In this document: one piece after another, positions 24,546 through 34,432 of the stretch
Numbering within the stretch: the first letter of the stretch is position 1
How the letters are laid out: the number at the start of each line of letters is the position of its first letter
Origin: Promethearchaeota archaeon
Lineage (GTDB): Archaea; Asgardarchaeota; Lokiarchaeia; Sigyniarchaeales; SOKP01
DNA length: 47,088 nucleotides
Direction of reading: 5' to 3'
Assembly (NCBI GenBank): GCA_048939015.1
Contig: JBHLPW010000016.1
Span: forward strand, 33,652 to 80,739
Program-made: the position numbers and the translations under genes
Notes under the pieces: generated by a model
Databases searched by the model: none
What the model was told of the DNA's origin: nothing
The model's input: only the letters and a program-made list of their open reading frames with translations

Positions 24546-26264
24546 CTATAAATAATATTTTTTGACTTCTGTTATAACCAAACTAATTAAATCTTTAGCA
24601 TTTCCTATTCCATAAAAGGTTACCTTATTGAGAAGGTTTTTAAATTTGTCTTTAGGTATCTTTTTAGACCCTATGAAAAATCCAACAATTTTATGTCCTT
24701 TTTCTACTAACTCTATCATTGTTTTTTTTGTTTTACTCCAATTATAGATACCAAAATCAGTGATAATAAAGACAAGAGCTTTTTTTTCGGCTTTATCACA
24801 TTGATTTGCTATTTCTTTAATTGGTAAAAAGGTTCCTCCACCTTGATACCTTAAAAGCACATTTTCAGCTTTTTTATAATCGCAAGTCCATTGACAAACA
24901 TCTGCTTTATTAGAAAAATTAATGACGCTAAATTTTACCCCTTTACTAGCAGCATAGTGTAGAGATGCGAAAGCCGCTACAAGTGCTGTATGATAAGGTC
25001 CCTTACCACGGTTTGATGTTGATGTGTAGTTCCAACCCATAGAACCTGAAGAATCTAAAACAATTAGAAGATCAGGAATTTGTTGTTCAACCAATTGACC
25101 TGGTCCTTCTTTATATGCCCATTTTCTCGTTGTAATGTTAGGTATAATTATTGGACTATTTAATAAGCTCTGAGTAATATCTAATTCTTCTATTCTATCT
25201 CCTATACGCCAAACTTCAGGATAAACTAGCAATTGTCCTCCCGGTTTTTCTTCAAAAATTCTTATGTCAATAAGATTTTTCGCTAATCCTCTATACCAAG
25301 TAGCTAAGGCATTTCCATCAATTAAGATTCCTGCTTGACGTGCAGGTCCACCAAATTCAGAATAGGGAATGTCTTTAGCAAATTCCTCAGATTTTTGTCT
25401 TAATTCGTCTTCATTGCTCTCTTTTAATTTATCTGCATTTTTATTTTCTAATGGATTATCCATAATTTCTAGAACATCTTTAGGTACTTCTAAAAAAGCT
25501 CCTCCGGGACTTTTTCTCTTTTCCTTATTTTTGTCTACTACACCTCCAGTGCCTATTAAAGTGAATGTATCTTGTATTAATATTTTCAACGATCTCGCTA
25601 CTTGAGATACTTTATTTTCCCAGGTTGACTCGTTCTCGAAGTCTTTGAGTATTATTTTAGACACTCTTTCTGCTAAAGAATCCAATTCCTTTAGTTTCTC
25701 ATCAGCGATAACATCCTTATTCCACATTTTTTCATAAGTCCGGAACAAAAATTTACTAAAATTACTTATTGGTCCTTTACTTGTAATATGCTTGTAGGTT
25801 TCAGCCATTTCCCATTCGATCAAGTTGGAATATTTCTGATATAATTTGGTATCGATAATTAAATCCGCAAAAATATTTACTACTATAGGAGCATAATTTT
25901 GATTCACATGGACCATAGCAGCTCTTAATAATTTGGCATGTGTTAAACCATCGTAAGGTATGACTTGATAATGTGATACTTCATGAAGAGATATAATGTA
26001 AAAATAGTCGATATATTCTTGTTCAGCTTTTAACGGAGGTGTATTCGCTAGATTCATTGTTATTTGCCAATGGTGTTCAGGATCGATATAAAATCCCTCT
26101 AAATGTGTATAATCAAATACATAATTTGGATCATTTAAAGGAGGATAATAAAATTCCTTTAGTGTTTTACTCCAGGCAATATTCGCTAATTCTATTGTTT
26201 TTTTTTCTTTAGCTGTTAATTCCTTATTCGATTGTTTTCCTTTTTTTCTTCTTGTTTTTATCAT
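24546..26264 (-). CDS. vWA-domain protein with an N-terminal zincin-like HExxH domain (MoxR partner)
   Basis: LHEVSH and NIFADLIID, then MIDAS DSSGS...GGT...ITD. Confidence 0.88.
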   Translation of the reverse strand: MIKTRRKKGKQSNKELTAKEKKTIELANIAWSKTLKEFYYPPLNDPNYVFDYTHLEGFYIDPEHHWQITMNLANTPPLKAEQEYIDYFYIISLHEVSHYQVIPYDGLTHAKLLRAAMVHVNQNYAPIVVNIFADLIIDTKLYQKYSNLIEWEMAETYKHITSKGPISNFSKFLFRTYEKMWNKDVIADEKLKELDSLAERVSKIILKDFENESTWENKVSQVARSLKILIQDTFTLIGTGGVVDKNKEKRKSPGGAFLEVPKDVLEIMDNPLENKNADKLKESNEDELRQKSEEFAKDIPYSEFGGPARQAGILIDGNALATWYRGLAKNLIDIRIFEEKPGGQLLVYPEVWRIGDRIEELDITQSLLNSPIIIPNITTRKWAYKEGPGQLVEQQIPDLLIVLDSSGSMGWNYTSTSNRGKGPYHTALVAAFASLHYAASKGVKFSVINFSNKADVCQWTCDYKKAENVLLRYQGGGTFLPIKEIANQCDKAEKKALVFIITDFGIYNWSKTKKTMIELVEKGHKIVGFFIGSKKIPKDKFKNLLNKVTFYGIGNAKDLISLVITEVKKYYL

Positions 26265-26281
26265 CTTTCTATTATATCTTC

Positions 26282-28009
26282 TTATTCTTCCCTCTGTACG
26301 TATTCAAAATTATTCAATATGGATCTCAATCTTAATGCTTCAGATCCACCAGAAATTTGAATATTCACTAAAGAATCTTCTTTAGTGCCGGTTACATTTA
26401 TCTCAATTAGCATATCTTCGGTTCTTATTTGTTTAGTTTGTCGTTGACTAAACGCTTCCTTCAATGGTTGATCTAAATTAGAAAATTCAGCTGCGATATC
26501 TGCCCAAACTTCTTTCCAATAAGTATATTTTATAACATAATCAGTTACTGTTTGCTTGAAAAGTTCTCGATTACACCATTCAATTAGGTCTCCTCTATTA
26601 GGGAAATCAATCTCTTCTAGAAGATTATTTCTAATTTCTGCTAATTTATTTATATCACCATTCTTCGCTGAATCTTGTATTTGTTGGGCAATTGGTGAGT
26701 AATCTTTGTTATTTACTGAATTTACAAATGGTATTAAATCGTAATTCACAATTAAATCATTTTTCTCAAACTTTTTTAACTCCTGTAGATCATTTTCTTT
26801 TGGAGTTCCTACGCGGAATCTTTCTGTGATGATATAACAAACTTCGCGATTTTTAAATCGTTTCTGAACAGTTTTCAAAATATTATTAGAAAATTCATAT
26901 TTATTTCCATAGTATGGCGATTTCTCAATTTCCCTTTTCACATATATTACTCTATGTGAAATAACATAAGGAGCGATAGTATTCACAATATTCACATCAA
27001 TACTATTTAATCCCAATAACCAAGCTAAGGCTTTAGAATATCTTAGAAGATCCTTAGCAACTCTAACACTCAAAATTGAATCTATTTTATTACATATATT
27101 TTGAACTGTATTGAAATGACAACCTGAACATAGTCCAGTACTAGGTTTTATATCTTCGGTATTACCCTTATCTACCCTTGCACATAATGTAAATTCTCTA
27201 ATAATAGCATGTATATAATTATTCACTTCAGGAGAGAATGTAACTCTATTCACATAATACCAAATTTCCATCAACTCATCAATTGTTAAAATTTCAGGAA
27301 CCTGAATTAATTCATCCATTCCTGAATATTTCTCATCTTTCCCTGTTAAGATAAGTTGTAGATCATGACTTCCAGGCATAGAAATAGGAACTGAGATACC
27401 AAATCTGTCTAAAAATGGTTGAGATAATTCAAATGTACCAACATCATGAGGATTTATTGTTGCAAATAAGCAAAATTTGTTAATATTTGTTATTGAGTCG
27501 TAATATTTAACAGTTCCCTCTGCTAATAATGATAACAAGATGTCTTGAGCATATGGAGTCAACCGATTTACCTCATCAATAATTTTCCAAAAATTTGTTA
27601 CAAATTGTCTCCATACCACTTCCTCTTCTCCATCTTTCATTAATTTTCCTAACTTCAAAGTTCCAATTAGTTTCTCTTCCGTTAGTTGAGGATGACCTCT
27701 AATAATTGAATTTTCTATTTCACTTAAGGAGTTTGCTGTGAACATGCGACCTAAAAGCTTTACAAGCGTAGTTTTACCGCCTCCATGACCCCCTATTAAA
27801 AGCATGGCAGAGTTGGGAACAATCGCATTAAGAATGCATAATGATAAAATTTCTGGTAAAGACCGTGTAGTAACTTTTTTACTCTTTTCGGGTAGATATT
27901 TAATACTTAGATCTTTATAATGTACAAATAATTGGTTCGCTTGTATTAGATTGATAATTTTCCATACTTTTTTTCGTAAATTGTCTTCTTCTCCTAATTT
28001 TGTCGACAT
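26282..28009 (-). CDS. MoxR-like AAA+ ATPase with a Cys4 insertion and C-terminal extension
   Basis: Walker A GGHGGGKTT, Walker B IIDEVNR, ATINP, FLDRF and SVR (sensor II). C..CSGC..C cluster. Confidence 0.9.
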   Translation of the reverse strand: MSTKLGEEDNLRKKVWKIINLIQANQLFVHYKDLSIKYLPEKSKKVTTRSLPEILSLCILNAIVPNSAMLLIGGHGGGKTTLVKLLGRMFTANSLSEIENSIIRGHPQLTEEKLIGTLKLGKLMKDGEEEVVWRQFVTNFWKIIDEVNRLTPYAQDILLSLLAEGTVKYYDSITNINKFCLFATINPHDVGTFELSQPFLDRFGISVPISMPGSHDLQLILTGKDEKYSGMDELIQVPEILTIDELMEIWYYVNRVTFSPEVNNYIHAIIREFTLCARVDKGNTEDIKPSTGLCSGCHFNTVQNICNKIDSILSVRVAKDLLRYSKALAWLLGLNSIDVNIVNTIAPYVISHRVIYVKREIEKSPYYGNKYEFSNNILKTVQKRFKNREVCYIITERFRVGTPKENDLQELKKFEKNDLIVNYDLIPFVNSVNNKDYSPIAQQIQDSAKNGDINKLAEIRNNLLEEIDFPNRGDLIEWCNRELFKQTVTDYVIKYTYWKEVWADIAAEFSNLDQPLKEAFSQRQTKQIRTEDMLIEINVTGTKEDSLVNIQISGGSEALRLRSILNNFEYVQREE

Positions 28010-28133
28010 TTCGGCTAGTCTCTTAAGATTTTCAATATTAAATAAGAAGCAGTATGAATATTTAATTTTATGTCTTAAGAAGAAGTCGTTCTATAACTTA
28101 TTCGAATAACTTACATTTTCAAATTACTATAAT

Positions 28134-28358
28134 TCATAATGAAAACATACACCCCAATGGATATGCGATAAAAGGGATAAAAATTCCAAGAATAAATCCA
28201 ACAGGAATAACCCACCATAAATCAAGAATCCAGACTACCCCAATACCATATTGTTCCTCAGCAGTAGCGAGTGTATGAAAAAATATACCGATGGCAGCAA
28301 AGCCACAGATTAAAGAACAGATAGTGTCTACAATTAACCAAATTTTCCACTTCTCCAT
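28134..28358 (-). CDS. Small 2-TM membrane protein
   Basis: Two hydrophobic helices; SD GGAGG upstream of the ATG. Confidence 0.7.
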   Translation of the reverse strand: MEKWKIWLIVDTICSLICGFAAIGIFFHTLATAEEQYGIGVVWILDLWWVIPVGFILGIFIPFIAYPLGCMFSL

Positions 28359-28377
28359 AGAATTAACCTCCCAATTT

Positions 28378-29865
28378 TTAATTAAAGAATTTATTTAGTG
28401 TTAGATTTGCCTTTAATACTGCGAATATAGTAGAAATTATTCTCTTAGGATTAAATACGAAAGAAAAACCTCTCGCTTTAATCATTCTTGATACAAATCC
28501 TACAGCATTCTTATGGTAAGCATGATGTTTAAATGCATATTGTAATAAATCCTGTAATTTTTTTGAACTTAAATGGGATGTATGATATACTGGCTTAAAA
28601 GGAGTATATTTACTCCAATCTTTTGTTACAATTAAATTTCTATGTTCCATTTCCTCATAGATTGGCGTTCCAGGATAAGGAGTTAGTAAGTTAAGGACTA
28701 AAATATCAACATCAATTTTTTTCATATAATTAATTTCCTTCATAATCTCTTCTTCAGTTGCATTTAAATCAAATCCAATGATTACACTTCCAAATACACT
28801 TATATTATAGGAGTGGAGTGTTTGTATTGCTTCTAATACTTCATTAAAACTCATTCGTTTGTTCATATCCTTTAGAGTCTCATCGTTAACAGATTCAATG
28901 CCAATTAAAACTGACCAAAATCCTGCTTCACCCATCAATTTTATCATTTGAGGTGATTTTAGAATTGAATCGACACGAATTTGAGCATAAAATTTGAAAT
29001 CATTCATCTCTCCCCGTTTTTTACATTGTATGATCTTTGAACATAATTCTTCAACCCTTTTTGTACTGGCAGTGAGATTATCATCAAGAATTATTATATC
29101 GGTTATTTTCTTATTTTTGGAAATCATCTTTAACTCGGTTATTATACTATCTACTGGTCTTGGTCTCCAAGTACCTTTCATTGCAACAGGGGTTGTACAA
29201 AACCTACATCTATGTGGACATCCTCGTGAAGTCTGGATTGTATCAATTTTCATACCTAATAAGGTATAATTGTTATTTTTTATTAGATCCCTTGAAGGAT
29301 ATCTAAGGTTTTTTAAACTTTTCATTAGTTCTCTCTCAGGATTATGAACTATTCTCCCATCAGATTTATATGAGATACCTTTTACACCTATAGGAGATCC
29401 ATTGAGAATTAATTCTCTAAATGTTATTTCTCCTTCTCCTCTAACAATCATGTCAACTTCTTCTAATTCCAATGCTTTTTCTGGCATCATTGATGGTTGA
29501 CGACCACCAAAAACAACTGTAATATTCTTATTTATTCTTTTGACCATTTTAGCAATATCATTACATACATTAATAGAAGAACATACTAAGACTGAAATAC
29601 CTACTATATCTGGATTATATTCCTTAATTCTATCTTTTAATTGTTTATTAGTTAAATTTTCAATCTTCGCATCTATAATTTTAACATCGACTTGCAAATC
29701 TTTCAAATAACTAGCTATATACATAAGACCAATTGGAGGATAAATTCTCTGAATAAAACGATTAGCCTCTTCCATCCGATAATTTGGCATAATAAATAGA
29801 ATTTTCTTCCACTTGAGAACTAAAGGATTCATAATTTTTTCACTTCTTATTATTTCACTAATCAT
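28378..29865 (-). CDS. Cobalamin-binding radical SAM enzyme (BchE/class B methyltransferase-like)
   Basis: PPIGLMYIAS, VFGG, VRGEGE (B12 domain), SRGCPHRCRFC, GIES and LTPYPGT. Confidence 0.92.
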   Translation of the reverse strand: MISEIIRSEKIMNPLVLKWKKILFIMPNYRMEEANRFIQRIYPPIGLMYIASYLKDLQVDVKIIDAKIENLTNKQLKDRIKEYNPDIVGISVLVCSSINVCNDIAKMVKRINKNITVVFGGRQPSMMPEKALELEEVDMIVRGEGEITFRELILNGSPIGVKGISYKSDGRIVHNPERELMKSLKNLRYPSRDLIKNNNYTLLGMKIDTIQTSRGCPHRCRFCTTPVAMKGTWRPRPVDSIITELKMISKNKKITDIIILDDNLTASTKRVEELCSKIIQCKKRGEMNDFKFYAQIRVDSILKSPQMIKLMGEAGFWSVLIGIESVNDETLKDMNKRMSFNEVLEAIQTLHSYNISVFGSVIIGFDLNATEEEIMKEINYMKKIDVDILVLNLLTPYPGTPIYEEMEHRNLIVTKDWSKYTPFKPVYHTSHLSSKKLQDLLQYAFKHHAYHKNAVGFVSRMIKARGFSFVFNPKRIISTIFAVLKANLTLNKFFN

Positions 29866-30020
29866 AATTAATTATATTATGAAATCTAATTATAGTTTTT
29901 AGTATGAAACTAAGACTGGATCGTTAGACTATCCTTGGATTTTTATAGCATTAGATGCGAAACAAAATTAAAATGTGTGTGATATTAAATTGTTATTTGA
30001 AAGGATTTAATTTAGGTTCA

Positions 30021-30716
30021 TTATATTAAGAGAAAAATTTCATTTAATCCTTCTATGACGAAATCTGGTTGAAAGTCCCATTCTTTGTAGTGTTTATTAT
30101 GTGGACTTGTTTCCCTTCTAATTAAACATGCATTAATGTTAGCTCTTTTAGCTGCAATAATGTCAAATTTTGAGTCTCCAATAAAGATAGCTTTTGATTT
30201 TTTCAGATCAAACTTAAATTTTTCTAATACAGATAAAATACCTTTTGGAGATGGTTTAGCTAATTCTTGGTCATTTTCATAATAACCTAAACTAAAAATT
30301 TCATGAAAAAATTGAGCAATATTAAATTTATCTAAAATATAATTAACAATATAATATGCTGCGTTTGAAACTATAGCGAGTTTATTCTCTTGTTGTTTAT
30401 GGATCATTCGTAGGGTACTATAAACGTCACTATACAAGAAAATTTGTTTTTGGTTTATTAATTTCTTCCTCATAGTAAAATCTATCTTATCAAACACTTT
30501 CCAAAAATTCTGAGGATTATTAACACCCCATTCTGTCAAAACATCAAAAACATTTTCTTCAGGGGACCAAAGTCTATATTTTTCAATTCTTCCTGGAGGA
30601 TTACTAGCTTTTAATTTTTTGAAGGTTTCTTCTAGTATTATATCTACATAAACTCCAATGTTACCAAGATGGAGTAGAGTTCCATCTAAATCAAATAAAT
30701 AAATGTTAAATTTCAT
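30021..30716 (-). CDS. HAD-superfamily phosphatase (Gph-like)
   Basis: FDLDGTL, VSN, KPSP and IGDSKFD. Confidence 0.9.
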   Translation of the reverse strand: MKFNIYLFDLDGTLLHLGNIGVYVDIILEETFKKLKASNPPGRIEKYRLWSPEENVFDVLTEWGVNNPQNFWKVFDKIDFTMRKKLINQKQIFLYSDVYSTLRMIHKQQENKLAIVSNAAYYIVNYILDKFNIAQFFHEIFSLGYYENDQELAKPSPKGILSVLEKFKFDLKKSKAIFIGDSKFDIIAAKRANINACLIRRETSPHNKHYKEWDFQPDFVIEGLNEIFLLI

Positions 30717-30746
30717 ACAATTATGATTTGAAATTAAGTGAGATTT

Positions 30747-31100
30747 TTAAAAATAACCTATTTGCCCTAAATTTTTTCCATCCTCGTCTAAAGCATAGAC
30801 GATACCCATAGATAAAGGTTCTTCTTTATCATATTTAGTAGATTTTGCTACATATTTCAGAGTTTCAAGTTTTAGAATGAAATTGCGATTACATTTTTTA
30901 CATTTTATATAAATCTTTTTAATTATTTTCTTATCATCCTCTTGTATTTCTTTCTTATATGGTTCTAGGAGGTTTGGGTCTTGATTATCGCAATCATGAA
31001 GAAAACATTGATCTAATGAGATCTTTTCCATACCTCGTCTCGCAAGAGCAATGAAAGCATAACTTGGGATTTCAAGTCTTAAATCTTCTTTTTCAACCAT
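30747..31100 (-). CDS. Small Zn-ribbon-like hypothetical protein
   Basis: CFLHDC ... CKKC pairs in a beta-rich 117-aa protein. Confidence 0.65.
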   Translation of the reverse strand: MVEKEDLRLEIPSYAFIALARRGMEKISLDQCFLHDCDNQDPNLLEPYKKEIQEDDKKIIKKIYIKCKKCNRNFILKLETLKYVAKSTKYDKEEPLSMGIVYALDEDGKNLGQIGYF

Positions 31101-31144
31101 ATTTAAAAAAAAATTGGATATAACTTAATTCTAATGGTTTTTTT

Positions 31145-32116
31145 TTAAAAGTAGAGATTTGAAGGTTCTAGGATATTTGGATAATAAGGACGAAGGAAAT
31201 TCCTTACTGAAAAACAAAGATGGCACTTGTCTGCATATCCTTTCCGAGGTTTATATCCTTTTTCAATCGCTATTTCAAGAAGATTTTGAGGTCCTCCTTT
31301 GGTAACTAACTTGCCTATTATTGGATGTTTTCTATAATTAAATTCACGTAAGATCTCAGACAATGATTTGTCTTTAGCATTACCTATACAAATTCCATTG
31401 CATAATTGATGAAAAACCCATCCATTAGGATCAACCATAAACATCGGAACCTTGAAAATAAGACACCTTTCTGAGGGGATTGCATCCATTGAGAAATAAT
31501 CAGTAAGATTATTTACTGCTCGTCCTTTTACTTGTAACTCACTGTTTATTATCTGACAAAACTCTAGTTCTTTGGAAATTGAACATGCAAATTTTTCATT
31601 CTGTTCATTAATAGAATTATTTATATTACTAAGTCCAAGATTTTGAGTTATTGAATAAATAGTTTCAATTCCAGCTTCGTAAGCAGCTTTCATAGCTCGT
31701 TTCACTACTTCAAGTGGAACAAATTCTTGATGAAAAGTGTCAACGCTAAAGCCAATGGTATTTAAACCTGCTTCCTTTAGCTTTTGGGTATAATGCTTAG
31801 CAGTTGAGTCATTTTTTCCCCAAAACCCATTGGTTGGCAATCCTATTATTGGTATACCATATCTTTTTACTTCTTTAATAAAGCTAATTAGTAAATCAAA
31901 ATGAAGTAGAGGCTCTCCTCCAAAAAAGCCAACTTCATCAACAATATAATTTTGTGTAACTTCCTCCAGATATTTTTTTACATCCTGTAATTCCATTAAC
32001 TTATTGTCTTGATTTGGAGACCCTGGAATTGCACAATGCTTGCATTCGTTAGTGCATTTATAGGATATAAGAAACGTGAGAAAATTTATTCTTTTTTTAT
32101 TTTGTTCAAGGCTCAT
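31145..32116 (-). CDS. Radical SAM enzyme with a C-terminal auxiliary Cys cluster (twitch/SPASM-like)
   Basis: CTNECKHC, GGEP, TNG and SVD, then C..VDPNG..LC...IGN and KCHLC. Confidence 0.88.
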   Translation of the reverse strand: MSLEQNKKRINFLTFLISYKCTNECKHCAIPGSPNQDNKLMELQDVKKYLEEVTQNYIVDEVGFFGGEPLLHFDLLISFIKEVKRYGIPIIGLPTNGFWGKNDSTAKHYTQKLKEAGLNTIGFSVDTFHQEFVPLEVVKRAMKAAYEAGIETIYSITQNLGLSNINNSINEQNEKFACSISKELEFCQIINSELQVKGRAVNNLTDYFSMDAIPSERCLIFKVPMFMVDPNGWVFHQLCNGICIGNAKDKSLSEILREFNYRKHPIIGKLVTKGGPQNLLEIAIEKGYKPRKGYADKCHLCFSVRNFLRPYYPNILEPSNLYF

Positions 32117-32177
32117 TTTTATATTAACTTCTTTTAAATCATTAGTTTCTAATTTCTTAAAATTTAACTGGTAGAAA

Positions 32178-32762
32178 TTACTTTTTTTTATCTTCCATTT
32201 CTTTTTTAATTTTTAAAATAGTCTCTTCAAAATCCTTTATGTATTCATTCATTCGATCTCTGGTTTCTATAAATGCTACTTTTTTGGTTTCAAGAAGTTG
32301 GATTTTTTCCTTAGGTTTTAAATTATCTTTAAACCTTTCAGGTTTTAAAGCCATCGGTAGAACTTGAATTGAAGGAATATCATCAAAACGTTCAAGATCA
32401 TCTGAATCAATTGCAGTTCCTTGATCTATTGATGCTGCTAGAAATCGACGATATGTATTTCTTATATTTCTTTGAGTCAATTTCATTAATCTTAATGCTT
32501 CTTTACCTGTATCTGAAATCTCATACACTTTCTTATTTTTATCTTCTTTAAGAATTTTTATGAAGCCTTTATCCCTTAGGTTATTTAAGATCCAGTATAA
32601 AGTCGATGCAGATGGATTCCACATTCCTAAAGTACGTTTTTCAATTTCATTCCCTATTTTATATCCATGAGAAGGTCCTCTTTCAAGAATAGAAAGAATG
32701 AAAATATTAGTAAAATTCTTTTTCATTACTTTTTCGAAGTTCTTATTATAGTCTTCAACCAT
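32178..32762 (-). CDS. PadR-family transcription regulator
   Basis: ILSILERGPSHGYKI, STLYWILNNL..KGFI and KKVYEISDTG. Confidence 0.9.
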   Translation of the reverse strand: MVEDYNKNFEKVMKKNFTNIFILSILERGPSHGYKIGNEIEKRTLGMWNPSASTLYWILNNLRDKGFIKILKEDKNKKVYEISDTGKEALRLMKLTQRNIRNTYRRFLAASIDQGTAIDSDDLERFDDIPSIQVLPMALKPERFKDNLKPKEKIQLLETKKVAFIETRDRMNEYIKDFEETILKIKKEMEDKKK

Positions 32763-32808
32763 AGCACATCTAACATTAAATTATGAGCAATTGTTTTATT
32801 AATATTTA

Positions 32809-32847
32809 CAGTCACTAAAATACCAGTGACTGGACTACCAGTAACTG
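32809..32847. promoter_or_regulatory. Three phased palindromic boxes CAGT-N-ACTG (putative PadR operator)
   Basis: CAGTCACTA at 32809, CAGTGACTG at 32824 and CAGTAACTG at 32839: an exact 15-bp period in an otherwise AT-rich intergenic region. Confidence 0.75.
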
Positions 32848-32989
32848 ATATATAGTTTATTAAATATATAAATTTTCTTTTTGAAATTTAAGATTCAAAT
32901 AATTCTAAAATTACCAATTCAAGGATTTTTGAAGTCTAATAGGATCAAGCTTAATTATTATATATTACTATAACTTAGTGAACTAAAAT

Positions 32990-33298
32990 ATGAACCAAAA
33001 AGAAGGTTTATCAAAAGAAACTGTAGATCATATTTCGAAATTAGCGTTATTAGATTTATCTAAGGAAGAAAAAGCAAAGCTTGCAATGGAAGCAAGTAAT
33101 ATTCTCAATTACTTCAAGAAACTAGACAATTTAGACACAAGCAATGTTAATCCAATGACTCATCCAATAGATGGATTAAAAAATGTCTTCAGGGATGATG
33201 AGCCTTGGGAATCACTTTCTCCTGAAGAAGCGTTAAAAAATGCTAAACACAAGAAAGATGGATATTTTAAGGCTCCGAGAATACTAAAAGAAAAATAA
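32990..33298 (+). CDS. gatC: Asp/Glu-tRNA amidotransferase subunit C
   Basis: VDHISKLALL, LDTSNVNP, NVFRDDE and ALKNA..GYFKAPRI. Confidence 0.93.
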   Translation: MNQKEGLSKETVDHISKLALLDLSKEEKAKLAMEASNILNYFKKLDNLDTSNVNPMTHPIDGLKNVFRDDEPWESLSPEEALKNAKHKKDGYFKAPRILKEK

Positions 33299-33302
33299 AA
33301 CA

Positions 33303-34301
33303 CTATTTTTTATATTCATCAGTTAATTTTCTTATTGCTTCAGCCATATCTTTAAGTGCTTGCCTTCTCTCTTTTCTTGTCATCTCATAGAAATCTTCTT
33401 CAGAATTAGACCCTATTTTTTCTGCGGATGCCATGTTTCGATATTTTGCATACACTAAGCTTGTTACATATTTATCATAACGCTCTAAAGCTTTGATTAA
33501 CCTAGGATCATCTTGAATTGTATCCCATAATTCTAAAGTTTCTAAAGATCTAATCCCTAAATCAATTCTGAACCAACTAATTGGAAATAAAAGTTCTCTT
33601 TGAATTCCCATCTCAATAATGGCTAAGTTTTCTTCGTCTATGTAGAGTTCAGGGATCTCATCTTCTCTATATACAATGTTATCACTCATAATATAAAGAT
33701 TTGCAGCACCTCGAGAGGTGCAGACAATTCCAGTTGCAAATCCCTTAGCCATTCTCAATGTATCAGCTAAATCCTCCAATTTATTTCCTATAATATGGAG
33801 TTTGTGTTTTTTAGTTCCTTGAATTTCTACATAAATTTTTTTTATATTTTTTGAATCAAAAAGAATTTGAGGAAATAGATTTTTATCTCGAGTTTTTTTA
33901 TGAGCTTCTAATAGTTTATTTATAATCTCGTAATCTAATTTAAGACCCGGAATCACTGTATTTTGATTAAGAAATGCATCTACTTCAAAATCAGCAATTC
34001 CATAGAATAATTTTCCATTATTTATAATATTATAAATAGTGTTTACAATAGTTTTAATTAATGCTTCTGGATCTTCGCGAATAGAGTCATATTCTTTAGT
34101 TTCAAAAGTATCAATTTGATCTTCTAATCCCTCTTCTTGATAAAATGCACCCCAGCTAAGTTCACTGAATATAACACTCTCTGAATATAAATTGTGGTGG
34201 GAGTCAAAACTCAAAATACTTTTACTGCCCCCTAATTCAACACCTAATTTAGATCCAGAGGCTAGAATCGCTAAAGGAGGATTAAAAAATACGATTGGCA
34301 A
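33303..34301 (-). CDS. Hypothetical globular protein (332 aa)
   Basis: Long ORF with typical composition and a TTG start; no motif recognised. Confidence 0.7.
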   Translation of the reverse strand: MPIVFFNPPLAILASGSKLGVELGGSKSILSFDSHHNLYSESVIFSELSWGAFYQEEGLEDQIDTFETKEYDSIREDPEALIKTIVNTIYNIINNGKLFYGIADFEVDAFLNQNTVIPGLKLDYEIINKLLEAHKKTRDKNLFPQILFDSKNIKKIYVEIQGTKKHKLHIIGNKLEDLADTLRMAKGFATGIVCTSRGAANLYIMSDNIVYREDEIPELYIDEENLAIIEMGIQRELLFPISWFRIDLGIRSLETLELWDTIQDDPRLIKALERYDKYVTSLVYAKYRNMASAEKIGSNSEEDFYEMTRKERRQALKDMAEAIRKLTDEYKK

Positions 34302-34432
34302 ATAGAAACCCGTTATATTGTAATTAAATTGACTTAATTCTACACTTTACTTTTTACAATAATTCTAATAATTATAGATAAAAGACATTTAAATAATTAG
34401 TGATATAAGTAGAATTTTTGCAACTTATATTT

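Noticed and set aside
32809-32847. Mini-CRISPR or transposon end
   Set aside because: The units are 9 bp with 6-bp spacers, far too short, and there is no cas or transposase gene. An operator fits better.
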